DNA from: an uncultured Gemmatimonadales bacterium
Lineage (GTDB): Bacteria > Gemmatimonadota > Gemmatimonadetes > Gemmatimonadales > GWC2-71-9
DNA: 64,000 bases
Assembly: GCA_963695185.1 (NCBI GenBank)
Contig: CAVOGH010000001.1
Coordinates: forward strand, 272,889-336,888
Reading direction: 5' to 3'
Position numbers and translations under genes: made by a program. Below are positions 1 through 12,368 of the stretch, piece after piece. Numbering within the stretch: position 1 is the first letter of the stretch; every line of letters begins with the position of its first letter. The notes beneath the pieces were generated by a model. The model was not told the origin of the DNA, searched no databases, and saw only the letters and a list, made by a program, of their open reading frames with translations.

Positions 1-413
1 TTGGCGGCGACCTGGGCGGCCACCGCCGCCAGCCCGGCGAGGATGTAGAAGCCCAGGAACCGGCCCCGGCCCATGGCGTCTTCCACGTTGTTCCCGAAGA
101 TGTGCAGAAACCACATGTTGCCCAGCAGATGCATCCAGCTTCCGTGCAGGAACATCGAGCTGAGCGGCGCCAGCCAGGACCGCCCCTCCACCACCACGCA
201 CGCCGTGCCCCGGCCAAGCGGAATCCGGAATCCCACCGGCAGGCGCTGCAGGAACTCGCCCGGGATCATCCCCAATTCGCATACCGACCGGCTCAGCCCG
301 GGCTCGCTCCCCATCCCCTGTACCACCAACCACATCGCCACGTTGGCCGCTATCAGCAGCCAGGTGACCACCGGGGTTCGGAGCGTCGGGTTGTCGTCGC
401 GGATGGGGAACAC
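1..413 (-). CDS. Rhomboid family intramembrane serine protease, N-terminal portion (gene continues beyond window start)
   Basis: Absent from the ORF track because no stop lies in the window. Reverse-strand translation from GTG (413-411) reads VFPIRDDNPTLRTPVVTWLLIAANVAMWLVVQG...SWMHLLGNMWFLHIFGNNVEDAMGRGRFLGFYILAGLAAVAAQ, the TM1/loop/TM2 region typical of GlpG-like rhomboids. This also explains why plus-strand ORFs 73-1770 and 102-608 are junk here. Confidence 0.8.
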   Translation of the reverse strand, partial: MFPIRDDNPTLRTPVVTWLLIAANVAMWLVVQGMGSEPGLSRSVCELGMIPGEFLQRLPVGFRIPLGRGTACVVVEGRSWLAPLSSMFLHGSWMHLLGNMWFLHIFGNNVEDAMGRGRFLGFYILAGLAAVAAQVAA

Positions 414-714
414 GGCAGGGCTCGGCTCGGGTTCACAGCGGGATCGGTGGCCGCTGGGCGGCCCCGATCCCCGGGAACGCCGGATATTAGCTCGCCGCGC
501 GGCACGGGGCGAGATTATTGTTCGGCATCTCAGCGGCGCCGAGGCGGGGATGGGTCTCCTGGCCCTGGAGGTGCGGGTGGCAAGGTGGGTTGTCCGTCTC
601 GCACCTAAGCGCCCTCCGACCCACCCCTGCCTCGGCGCCGCCACCTCGAGATCAGTACGGCGATCAGGCGGCGTATTCGCCATCGCCCGCGCGCAAACCG
701 TCCAACCGCCCGCC

Positions 715-2785
715 ATGAGGCGCTCCCCCATCCGGCCGATTCTCCCCGCCCTGCTCCTCATCGCCGCCTCCGCCCTCCCGGCGCAGGCGCCGCCCGCGGG
801 CGCCCTCGAGATCCGAGCGGTGGCCGCCCGGCCTTCGGTGCGGCCCGGAGACCAGCTGGTCATCGCCGTGGTGCTGGACCACCGCGCAGGTTTCCACACC
901 TGGCCCAACCGGCCGGTGGTGCCGCCGGAGTTCGCCGGCGTAGTGCCGATCGCCACCACGGTCACGGTGGGCGCGCTGCCGCCGGGCGCCGAGCTCCGCC
1001 CGATGCAGTGGCCCGCCCCGGACACCGTGACGGTGCTGTACACCGGAGCACCGGTTGCGCTGCTCTCCTACGTTGGCCGGGCGATCGTCTACGTCCCGAT
1101 CCAGCTCGCACCTGACACCCGGACCGGGACCACCCGCATCCCGCTCACCGTTCGGAGCCAGACCTGCGACGAGCGCATCTGCTATTTCCCCCAGACCACG
1201 GAACTCGGGGCCGAGTTCCTGGTGATCCCGGCGGACCAGGAGGCGGCCGCGACGGTCAACGAGCCGGAGCTCTTCCGCGGCTTCGGCATCGAGGGCTTCG
1301 CCGCGACCGGCTCCATGTCCGGCGCCGCCGGTGACGATGAACGTCTTCGGCTGGTCTTTCTCGCTCGACCCCAACGGCGCCGCCGGGATGTCGCTCCTGC
1401 TCCTCCTCGCCGCACTCGGCGGCTTCGCACTCAACTTTACGCCCTGCGTGCTGCCGCTCATCCCGATCAAGGTCCTGGGCCTCAGTCAGGCGGCCCAGGC
1501 TCCGGCTCGGCTCCGACTCCTCGGCCTGTCCATGTCCGCGGGGGTGGTGCTGTTCTGGCTGGCGCTGGGCGGCGCGATCGCCTTCGTGGCCGGCTTCACC
1601 GCCATCAACAGCCTCTTCCAGACCGCGTGGTTCGCGCCACTGGTGGGAACCGTCGTGGCGGTCATGGCGCTGGGGATGTTCCGCGGCGTGAACGTCTGGC
1701 TGCCGCAGGGGATCTATCGGTACGCGCCCAGGCAGGACACCGTAAGCGGCAGCGCTCGCCTTCGGAGTGATGACCGCGGTGCTCTCCACGCCGTGCACCG
1801 CGCCCTTCATGGCGGGCGCGGCGGCATGGGCGGCCACGCAGTCGCCCGCCACCACGCTCACCACCTTCGCCGCCATCGGCGCCGGGATGGCGCTGCCTTA
1901 CCTGCTCCTCACCCTCCACCCCGGCCTGATCCGCAGGCTGCCCAAGGCGGGCCCGGCCAGCGTGGTGGTGAAGGAGGTCATCGGCTCCTGATGCTGGCCG
2001 TGGCGGCGTTCTTCATCGGCAGCTCGGCGTCGGCCTGGTTCCAGACCCCGCCCGATCCGGCGACTCGAGCGACTGGTGGGTGGTAGCCGGATTCCTCGGC
2101 GCCGCCGCCGGCTGGCTGGGACTCGCAGCTGGCAACTCGCCCGGCGTGCGCGGCCCGCGATGGACCGGAGCGCTCGTGGCGCGCTCGGCGTTCTGGCGGC
2201 GGCGGGGCTGGGCCGGAGCCTCAGCAGCCCGGGACCGATCACCTGGGTCTACTACACCGCCGGAGCGCTTCGCCGAGGCCGTGGCAGACGAGCACGTCAT
2301 CGTCCTGGACTTCCACCGCCGAGTGGTGCCTCAACTGCAAGGCCCTGGAGGCGGCGGTGCTGCATCGGGAGGAGATCGTGGCCCTGCTCCAGCGCCCGGG
2401 GTGGTGCCGATGCGCGTGGACCTCACCTCGACAATCCCGCCGGCAGCGCCAAGCTCGCAGGAGCTGGAGTGGGTGGGCATCCCGCTCGCTGGCGGTCTAC
2501 GGGCCGAAGCTCGGCTACGGCTCGCCCCGGGAATTCGTACACCGTGCAGATGGTGGTGCGGCGGTGGAGGAGGCCGGGGAGGGCGAGCCGACGAGCTCGT
2601 TGCTCGCGCAGACGGCGCCCCGCATGCCTCTTGTTCGGGCGCCTGGCCGCAAGGGATCGGTGAGCTGCCGAGCGGCGGGCGGCTCGCGAGGCACCGGTGC
2701 CGGCCGTCGCGCCCGGTCAGGTCCACCATCGACGCAAGGCAGGCGGCACCTGCGCCCAGCGAGGAAGGACGCCGCCCGCCGCTAG
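715..2785 (+). pseudogene. dsbD: DsbD-like thiol:disulfide interchange protein (N-terminal domain, CcdA-type membrane core, C-terminal thioredoxin); reading frame broken many times as sequenced
   Basis: ATG 715 gives the signal peptide MRRSPIRPILPALLLIAASALPAQA. The membrane core motifs are LNFTPCVLPLIPIK (frame of ORF 1331) and LSTPCTAPFMAGA (ORF 1767). The thioredoxin motif VLDFTAEWCLNCK near 2300 is readable only by hopping frames. I count at least 8 frame changes. The true 3' end is uncertain (2660-2785). Confidence 0.75.
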
Positions 2786-3032
2786 GCGATCCATCCAATC
2801 CCTTGCGGCCAGGCGCCCGACGAGAGGGGCGCAGGCGCCGCCGCTCTCTGAGGTCCCTGGACCGAGCCCCGAGGCGCCCGGCGGCCCCCATGGGCGCAGG
2901 CACCCGCGCGGGGAGTCGGCCAATCCCTGCCATCGCCGGCCTCCCGGCCCAATCCCCGCCCTCTCCCCTGCCAATTTCTGCCAATCTGGCGGAAAATCCC
3001 GGTACATCACTTGCCCAATGGGTCTCCGATAG

Positions 3033-5015
<1,983 letters not shown>

Positions 5016-5246
5016 AGTCACCGCGGGACGCGATACGAGCGATTGGGGAGCGCCACGGCGGAGGAGGGTCTCCAGGCGCTGGATGCGCGTGGCGGTGGTC
5101 TTGCGCACCTACGCGCCTTCTGACCCGCGTGTCACCCCCCGGCCGCATCCCTCGCGTTCCGTTCCCGGACCGTTTCCCGCTGCGACGGAACCCGGAACAC
5201 GCATCGGACATACATTAGATTCGACAGACCTTAGCGGAGGACCCAG

Positions 5247-6806
<1,560 letters not shown>

Positions 6807-6871
6807 GGCGGCGCCCGAGCGCCAGGAGGGCGCGCGCGGCGCGAGGAAGTGGCGGTTAGGCGATTGGCCGA

Positions 6872-6900
6872 GGGTGGGGTCCGAGAGGATCCCACCCTTT
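6872..6900 (+). terminator. Candidate intrinsic terminator downstream of htrA
   Basis: GGGTGGGGTCC-gaga-GGATCCCACCC forms an 11-bp stem (one G-U pair) with a GAGA loop, followed by TTTG. The U-tract is short. Confidence 0.5.
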
Positions 6901-7369
6901 GCGCTGGGCGGGTCGGCGGCCGCGCCGCCCCGGGGTCGCGCGTGAGACCTGCGGCGAGCACCGGGGATGATTAGGTGTCAATCATGCCGGATCGTGCCGC
7001 CTACCCTACCCGCAAGGGCCGCCTCCGGGACCCGGAGGCGCCTTCGCCTCCCTCGAGGCCCTGGCGCCAGAGGCTTCGGCTGCGCCGGGTGCCGGGCCCC
7101 TCGCCCGCTCCAGGCATGGGCCTTCCATCCCGGGCTGACCGATGAACCCCGACTTCGTCGGATGTTAGCCGATCCCGCCGGCGGGTCTCGCCTGACGATC
7201 TTTCGGTGGTGCGCCACCGCATGCACGATCATCCTGGCACGCTGGCACGAACCTCGCTTCCCAGCAAATCCGGCCGGGTCTTTTGTTGGGGAATCGTCCC
7301 GGCCCCACGGGTTTGTCAGGCACACGGTGCGGCGCCCAACCGCCGCCCCGCTCCCCGAAAGGGGGTTAT

Positions 7370-8051
7370 ATGAACCGCGATACACGCAACATTGTAGAAT
7401 CCGGCGAGCGGGCGGATGCCTTCCAGCAGGCCCACCCCTTCGGCACTCCGGCCGAGAGTGCCATCGCCGCCGGCCTGGCGGAGAAGCTGGCCCGGGCGCT
7501 GGAGTTGGACGCCCAGGCCGCATCCGGGGAGAATGCCGAGCGCATTGCCACTCGAATCCGTCGCGGCCTCGGCACGTCCTCCGCGGCGATCTACTCCGCC
7601 CGCTGGCGCGTATCGCAAGGGGGCGGAGGCCGAGGAGCCGGAAGTGGCCAAACTGGTGCAGGTGCCCTCGGTGAAGGCGCGGATCGGTACCTTCCGTCGG
7701 GTGATTCGTACCACGGCGGACCTGTTCAAGACGAGGGAGGAGTTCTTCCTGAGTCACGGGAAGCCGCCCACCGTGCCGGCCGGACTGACCCAGTCGGTCG
7801 AGAAGTACGAGGCGGCGGTGCAGCAGACCTTTGCAGCCAGCCGGGCCCACGTCGGCGCCAACGCCGAACTGGACGAGCTGGCCGCGGGGATTCTGACCGT
7901 GGTGCAGCAGCTGGACGGGATGAATCACTTTCGCTTCCGGGACGATCCCGAGAAGCTGGCGGCCTGGATCAGCGCCCGCGATGTCCCGTGGCCCCACCCG
8001 GCCCGCAAGCCAGCGCCGTCGGACGGCACCCCGCCCGCCGTCGCGTCCTGA
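7370..8051 (+). pseudogene. Orphan hypothetical protein (about 226 aa, predicted helical, no signal peptide); one frameshift as sequenced
   Basis: GGGGG lies 4 nt upstream of ATG 7370. The N-terminal half MNRDTRNIVESGERADAFQQ...AAIYSARWRVSQG is in the ORF 7283 frame, and the C-terminal half AEAEEPEVAKLVQVPSVKARIGTFRR... is in ORF 7416. Removing one G from the G5 run at 7622-7626 joins them. I recognise no family. Confidence 0.55.
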
Positions 8052-8248
8052 ACGCGGAGGAACTAGATGACCCAGGAGTCTCCCGCCTGACCCCGCCGCC
8101 AATGGCCCGATGCGTTGGCGGCGGGTTCAGTTCCACTTCATGTCATGCGCCTCGAGGGACCGCGGCATCTCCCCCCGCACCGAGGCGCCCCGCTCCCGCC
8201 CCTGGAGCACTCTGGGCCAGCCGAATTCGCTGGCTATATTCCTCCCAC

Positions 8249-8330
8249 GCGAACGTGGCGGAACTGGTATACGCGCAGGACTTAGGATCCTGTCCCGCAA
8301 GGGGTCCGGGTTCGACTCCCGGCGTTCGCA
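8249..8330 (+). tRNA. tRNA-Leu, anticodon UAG (type II, long variable arm)
   Basis: Acceptor stem GCGAACG/CGTTCGC plus discriminator A. The D-arm TGGCGGAACTGGTATACGCGC resembles E. coli tRNA-Leu. The anticodon stem is CAGGA/TCCTG with loop CT-TAG-GA. The variable arm is CCC-gcaa-GGG and the T-arm is CCGGG-TTCGACT-CCCGG. No CCA is encoded. Confidence 0.93.
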
Positions 8331-8353
8331 TCCCCTCCCACCGCCGAGGCTCC

Positions 8354-8542
8354 ATGACCGACGACGCCACCAACCTCGAAGTCCGGAGATTCCTCAAGCA
8401 GTTCGGGGTCGCGGCCCAGCGGGCCATCGAGGACGCCGCACGGACCCCTGGCGCGGGGAAGACGCTGCGTCTCAAGGCGACGCTGAGCATCAACAATCAG
8501 GCGGATGCCCACGTCGAACAGGGTGAGGTCCGGCTGGGCTGA
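8354..8542 (+). CDS. Small hypothetical protein (62 aa)
   Basis: GAGG lies 4 nt upstream of ATG 8354. The protein reads MTDDATNLEVRRFLKQFGVAAQRAIEDAARTPGAGKTLRLKATLSINNQADAHVEQGEVRLG. It resembles small conserved DUF-type proteins, but I cannot name the family. Confidence 0.55.
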   Translation: MTDDATNLEVRRFLKQFGVAAQRAIEDAARTPGAGKTLRLKATLSINNQADAHVEQGEVRLG

Positions 8543-8676
8543 GGGACGGAACGGCCTTCCTCAGAAACCAGACGCCAGCGAGGGATCTCCAGGCCGAGCC
8601 GCCCCGGAAATCCCTCGCTTGACACCTCGGTCACAACCCACCGCTCCCCATCGGGTGTCGGAACCTTCGACCCCTC

Positions 8677-9288
8677 TTACCGCCGCGGCGGCAGGAAGAT
8701 GTTCACCTCCGCCCGCTGTCCCTCCAGCAGGTGCACGCCGCAGAAATAGCCGGTCCCAAACCGCTTCGCGGAATCGGCCTGCGCCACCAGGTCGTACTTC
8801 CCGGCTCGGAGCCCCCGGAGGCGGAACCTTCCCTCACGGTTGGTCTCCACCACTCCCACCAGCTCACCGGTCCGGCCGCAACCCACCGGCGGCGGGGGCG
8901 GCGGAGGATTGGTGTCCGTCGGAATGGTGTCGGTCGGTGGAGGAGGGGGCGGCGGCGGGCCGGAATCCGGACGCAGGGTGTCCATCGGTGGGAGCGGATC
9001 CAGCATCGCCATGAACTGCATCAGCGGCACCATGCCGCTGTCGGGCGGCGTGCCGGTGGTATCGCTCGGGATGGTATCCACGAGATAGATCGAGACCCGG
9101 GCGCCGGCCACCGGGATGGTGGCGCTGTCCGGCGAAAACCTGAGCGTGACCACCCTCCCCTGGATGCTGGAGCTGCCGTTCCCGCCGATGGAGGAACCAC
9201 CGCTCAACCCGGGGTCGGTCGCCTGCTCTCCACATCCAGCCATCAGCCCGATGAACAGGGCCCCGCTCCACCAGTACCGCGACCGCAT
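8677..9288 (-). CDS. Lipoprotein with carboxypeptidase-regulatory-like beta-sandwich split by a poly-proline insert
   Basis: GAGGAGG lies upstream of ATG 9288. The lipobox is MRSRYWWSGALFIGLMAGC. The sequence contains GRVV...ARVSIYLVD and ETNREGRFRLRGLRAGKYDLV (CarboxypepD_reg-like), plus a PPPPPPPP tract. The longest ORF extends to 9393. Confidence 0.65.
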   Translation of the reverse strand: MRSRYWWSGALFIGLMAGCGEQATDPGLSGGSSIGGNGSSSIQGRVVTLRFSPDSATIPVAGARVSIYLVDTIPSDTTGTPPDSGMVPLMQFMAMLDPLPPMDTLRPDSGPPPPPPPPTDTIPTDTNPPPPPPPVGCGRTGELVGVVETNREGRFRLRGLRAGKYDLVAQADSAKRFGTGYFCGVHLLEGQRAEVNIFLPPRR

Positions 9289-9502
9289 CGTAGCCTCCTC
9301 GGAAACCGTCGAATCGATGGGCCCGTCCGGCGGGATGGCCTGACGGGGAGAGGGCCGGCCTCTAGTGTCGGCCGGCCCGCGTCGGATCGTCACCGCTATC
9401 GGCTGAGTTCACCGATCGGCGGCCCCGATCACACCGTCAGACCCCGCACCTCCGCCGGAAGTCACCCTGTGACCATTCACGCCCTGCCCGGGTCCTACTG
9501 AC

Positions 9503-10042
9503 ATGATCTCGACAGACGCCGAGCTCGTTGTTCGGGCACGCGCGGGCGATCTGGCGAGCTACTCGGCGCTGCTGGCGCGGCACCGCGCCAGTCTGGAACG
9601 CTACGCCATGCGGCTGCTGGGCAATCGGGAGGACGCAGAAGAGGCGCTGCAGGATTCGCTGGTCCGCGCCTGGCAGGCGCTGGATCAATGTCAGCAGCCG
9701 GACCGCGTCCGGAGCTGGCTGTTCCGGATCCTCGTCAATCGTTGCCGCAGCCGGCTGTCGCGCCAGGATCGGATTGACCGGGGGCCGGACGGAGAGGAAG
9801 CCCTGCTCCGCGCCGCCTCACCGCCTCGAGCCGAGGAGGAGGCCTGGCGGGAAGAGATCGTCCGGGCGCTCGGCCGGCTCCCCGCAGACCAGCGGGAGGC
9901 CTTCCTGCTCAAGCACGTCGAGGAATTCAGCTATGAGGAAATCAGCGAACTCACGGGAGCCGGCATCCCCGCGCTCAAGATGCGGGTGAACCGCGCCTGT
10001 GCCCGCCTGCGGGAGCTGCTGGAGGACGTCTATCGTGCCTGA
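9503..10042 (+). CDS. ECF-type RNA polymerase sigma-70 family factor
   Basis: Region 2 reads ELVVRARAGDLASYSALLARHRASLERYAMRLLGNREDAEEALQDSLVRAW...WLFRILVNRCRS. Region 4 reads LPADQREAFLLKHVEEFSYEEISELTGAGIPALKMRVNRA. Confidence 0.9.
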   Translation: MISTDAELVVRARAGDLASYSALLARHRASLERYAMRLLGNREDAEEALQDSLVRAWQALDQCQQPDRVRSWLFRILVNRCRSRLSRQDRIDRGPDGEEALLRAASPPRAEEEAWREEIVRALGRLPADQREAFLLKHVEEFSYEEISELTGAGIPALKMRVNRACARLRELLEDVYRA

Positions 10043-10046
10043 CAAC

Positions 10047-10523
10047 ATGTCCGATACCGGTGCCACCGATTGGCTGGGCCCGGTCACCGCCGAGCTCCGG
10101 CGTCCGGTCTCTTTGGGAGACGGCTACCTCGACCGCGCCATGGCGGAGCTGGTCGCCCGCCCCGCCCGGGCTCGTCGTCAGGCATGGCGCGTGGTCACCG
10201 CCCTGGCTCTCGCCGCCGGCCTGGTGGCGGTGATCGGACTCGGCGTCTTCCGCCCGGGACCAACCGCCGGGGCGCCGGTGCGGTTTGCCCTCGAGGCCCC
10301 GGCCGGCGCGGTGGCGCTGGTGGGAGACTTCAACGACTGGGATCCCCGGGCGCTCCCCCTCACCCGCCGGGACGGAGAATGGAGCGTCACCCTTCGCTTG
10401 CCCCCGGGCCGCTACCGCTACGCCTTCGTGGCGGACGGAGATCGCTGGTTCAACGACCCCAGCCACCCGGCGGCGCCCGACGAGTTCGGCACTCCAACCT
10501 CGGTGATCACCGTTGCCAACTGA
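10047..10523 (+). CDS. Putative single-pass anti-sigma factor with extracytoplasmic CBM48/AMPK-glycogen-binding-like (E-set) domain
   Basis: The ATG lies 4 nt after the sigma stop. The protein has a short N-terminal region, one TM helix (VVTALALAAGLVAVIGLGVF), then VALVGDFNDWDPRALPLTRRDGEWSVTLRLPPGRYRYAFVADGDRWFNDP. The anti-sigma role is inferred from position. Confidence 0.6.
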   Translation: MSDTGATDWLGPVTAELRRPVSLGDGYLDRAMAELVARPARARRQAWRVVTALALAAGLVAVIGLGVFRPGPTAGAPVRFALEAPAGAVALVGDFNDWDPRALPLTRRDGEWSVTLRLPPGRYRYAFVADGDRWFNDPSHPAAPDEFGTPTSVITVAN

Positions 10524-11124
10524 CCGCCTGTACTCCGCGCTGGCCCTGGGCGCCCTGTGCTTCCTCGGCGCCGCGCGCCTCGAGGCCCAGGACCCGCGCC
10601 TGACCATCCGACTCCCCGGCGGGGTCGCCCGCGCGGTCCAGTCCACCATAGACAGCGCCACCCGGGAGGGTCTCCCCGCCGATCCGCTGGTGCAGAAGGC
10701 GCTCGAGGGCTGGAGCAAGGGCGCCGACTCCGCCCGCATCGTGACCGCGGTGCGCATCCTGGCCGCCTCACTCGGCGGCGCTCGGCAGGCACTCGGTAGC
10801 GCGGCACCGGCCGGCGATCTGGTGGCCGGTGCGGCGGCGCTGCGGGCCGGCGCCGAGCCGGCGGCGCTCACCGCCCTGCGGAACCTCCGCCGCTCCGACC
10901 CGCTGGCCGTGCCGCTCAGCGTGCTGGCGGACCTGCTCACCGCCGGCATCGTCCCGGAACGGGCCTGGTCGTCGGTGCGGGAGATGGCCTCCCGCGGCGC
11001 CAGCGACGCCGCCTTCCTCCGGCTCCGCGATGAGATGGTTCCCATGGGTGGCGAGCGCCCGCTCCCGCCCGCGGTGGAGCGTCCGCCCGGAGCCCCGATC
11101 CCCGCGAGCCGAGAGCGGCCGTGA
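10513..11124 (+). CDS. Secreted helical hypothetical protein (ECF module gene 3)
   Basis: It overlaps the upstream gene by 11 nt. The signal peptide is LYSALALGALCFLGAARLEAQ. The protein is Ala/Leu-rich with no recognised motif. Confidence 0.6.
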   Translation: MPTDRLYSALALGALCFLGAARLEAQDPRLTIRLPGGVARAVQSTIDSATREGLPADPLVQKALEGWSKGADSARIVTAVRILAASLGGARQALGSAAPAGDLVAGAAALRAGAEPAALTALRNLRRSDPLAVPLSVLADLLTAGIVPERAWSSVREMASRGASDAAFLRLRDEMVPMGGERPLPPAVERPPGAPIPASRERP

Positions 11125-12329
11125 AGCCCTACTCGCTGTTCCTGCTCGCCGGTCTCGCCACCGGCGCGGAGGCCCAGGTGGCGGCGCGCGTTGACCTGGG
11201 CGTCGGCGGTCCGGGCAATGGCCGGCCCGGGGCTGCGGCGCTCTGGTCGGTAGCGCCCAGCCTGCTGTGGGAGTCCGGGGCCTACCGGTTGCGGGCCGAG
11301 GGGGAATACGGCGAGTTCGCGGTCATCGGCCAAGGGGCGCAGGGACAGCTCGAGGGCTCGTGGTTCGGGCGGCTGGGCTCGCCGTTCCTTATAGAGCTGA
11401 CGGGCCAGGGGCGCGGCACCGCGCTCCGCTCCGGCGCCCGCGGCCAGGGGGATGCCGGCGCTCGCCTGCACCTCGTCGAGAGCCGGCGGGGACTCTGGGC
11501 CGGCGCCCAGGCGGGCCGGGACGGCCGCGGCCCTACCATACGCTGGGAGGCGGCCGCCTGGCAACGCATCGGTGATCTCTGGGTGCAGCTGCAGGGGTCC
11601 CAGACCTCGGCGATCGACCTGGTGCGCCGAGAGGATGTGGCGCCTGACACGCTCACGCCGCGGCCGGATACGTTGTTCCGCGAGCAGGTCCGGGTCCACA
11701 CCGATATCGGCACCTGGCTCCACTGGCGCCGGGGCCCGATTCAGCTGGCGGGTGCCCTGGGGCGGCGGTTCGGCGTCGTCGAACCCGCACCCGCCGTTGG
11801 ACGGAACGCCCCCGGCACCGGCGATCCGCTCCTCGAGCTCTCCACCCGCAAACCCAGGGCGGTGACCTGGTGGACCGTGGAAGGGCGCCTCTGGCTGACA
11901 GAACAGGTGGGACTGCTCGCCTCCGGCGGCTATCAGCCGCCCGACGGGTCGCTCCGCACTCCGGGGGGCCGCTTCCTCAAGCTGGGCCTGAGCGCGGCGC
12001 TCCCGCGCGGGGGACGGGAGGCCGCCGCCACCCTCCCCGCTCCACGTCCCCGGACGGTGGAGCTGAAGTCCCTAGCCGATGGATTCCAGGAGATGCTGAT
12101 CACCGCCCCTGGAGCCCGGGAAGTGGAGCTCATGGGCGACTTCACCGACTGGCTGCCGGTGCCCCTGGTCCGGGCCGGCGGCGGGCGCTGGCGCCTCAGG
12201 CTTCGGCTCCCGCCCGGTGCGTATGGCCTGAACGTCCGCTATGACCGGGGCGCCTGGGTGGTGCCTCCCGGGCTTCCGGTCATGAGAGACGATTTCGGCG
12301 GAGAGACGGGCGTGCTGCTGGTACGGTGA
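11121..12329 (+). CDS. Secreted beta-rich (outer-membrane-barrel-like) protein with C-terminal CBM48-like domain (ECF module gene 4)
   Basis: It has a 4-nt overlap with gene 3. The signal peptide is MKPYSLFLLAGLATGAEAQ. Alternating beta-strand-like segments follow. The C-terminus reads VELMGDFTDWLPVPLVRAGGGRWRLRLRLPPGAYGLNVRYDRGAWVVPPG, which parallels the anti-sigma tail. Confidence 0.6.
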   Translation: MKPYSLFLLAGLATGAEAQVAARVDLGVGGPGNGRPGAAALWSVAPSLLWESGAYRLRAEGEYGEFAVIGQGAQGQLEGSWFGRLGSPFLIELTGQGRGTALRSGARGQGDAGARLHLVESRRGLWAGAQAGRDGRGPTIRWEAAAWQRIGDLWVQLQGSQTSAIDLVRREDVAPDTLTPRPDTLFREQVRVHTDIGTWLHWRRGPIQLAGALGRRFGVVEPAPAVGRNAPGTGDPLLELSTRKPRAVTWWTVEGRLWLTEQVGLLASGGYQPPDGSLRTPGGRFLKLGLSAALPRGGREAAATLPAPRPRTVELKSLADGFQEMLITAPGAREVELMGDFTDWLPVPLVRAGGGRWRLRLRLPPGAYGLNVRYDRGAWVVPPGLPVMRDDFGGETGVLLVR

Positions 12330-12339
12330 GCGGCCGCCA

Positions 12340-12366
12340 GGTCGGCCGCGACCACCCGGGCCGACC
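12340..12366. terminator. Candidate bidirectional terminator hairpin between convergent genes
   Basis: GGTCGGCC-gcgaccacccg-GGCCGACC forms an 8-bp perfect stem exactly between stop codons at 12329 (+) and 12369 (-). There is no T-tract. Confidence 0.35.
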
Positions 12367-12368
12367 GG

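Noticed and set aside
73-714. The 5' part of the 565-aa ORF 73-1770, and ORF 102-608
   Set aside because: This stretch is antisense to the rhomboid gene (1-413) and then crosses an intergenic region. A real protein only begins at ATG 715 (the dsbD-like signal peptide).
6872-6900. GGTCCGAGAG, a 10-mer I associate with the guanidine-I (ykkC) riboswitch core
   Set aside because: It lies inside a simple, fully self-complementary hairpin. I could not find the other ykkC consensus blocks as I remember them (the CUAGGGUUCCG-type 5' element and the ACGG...GGGA..GCCCGGGAG 3' element). No guanidine-related gene follows. I read it as a terminator.
7234-7249. Tandem CTGGCACG CTGGCACG resembling the sigma-54 -24 element TGGCAC
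   Set aside because: No TTGC -12 element follows at the required 5-nt spacing after either copy, and no enhancer-binding-protein gene is nearby.
8100-8680. A genomic island or integrative element at tRNA-Leu
   Set aside because: There is no integrase, no direct repeat of the tRNA 3' end, and no compositional break. The flanking genes are small hypotheticals only.
9975-11723. Very long ORFs antisense to real genes: 9975-11723 (-), 19653-20933 (+), 31357-33615 (+), 38323-40245 (-), 48758-50500 (-), 57019-58359 (-), 51061-52245 (-)
   Set aside because: Their translations are Arg/Gly/Pro/Ala-rich low-complexity sequence with no motifs. Each lies opposite a gene with clear homology. Stop-poor antisense frames are expected in high-GC DNA.
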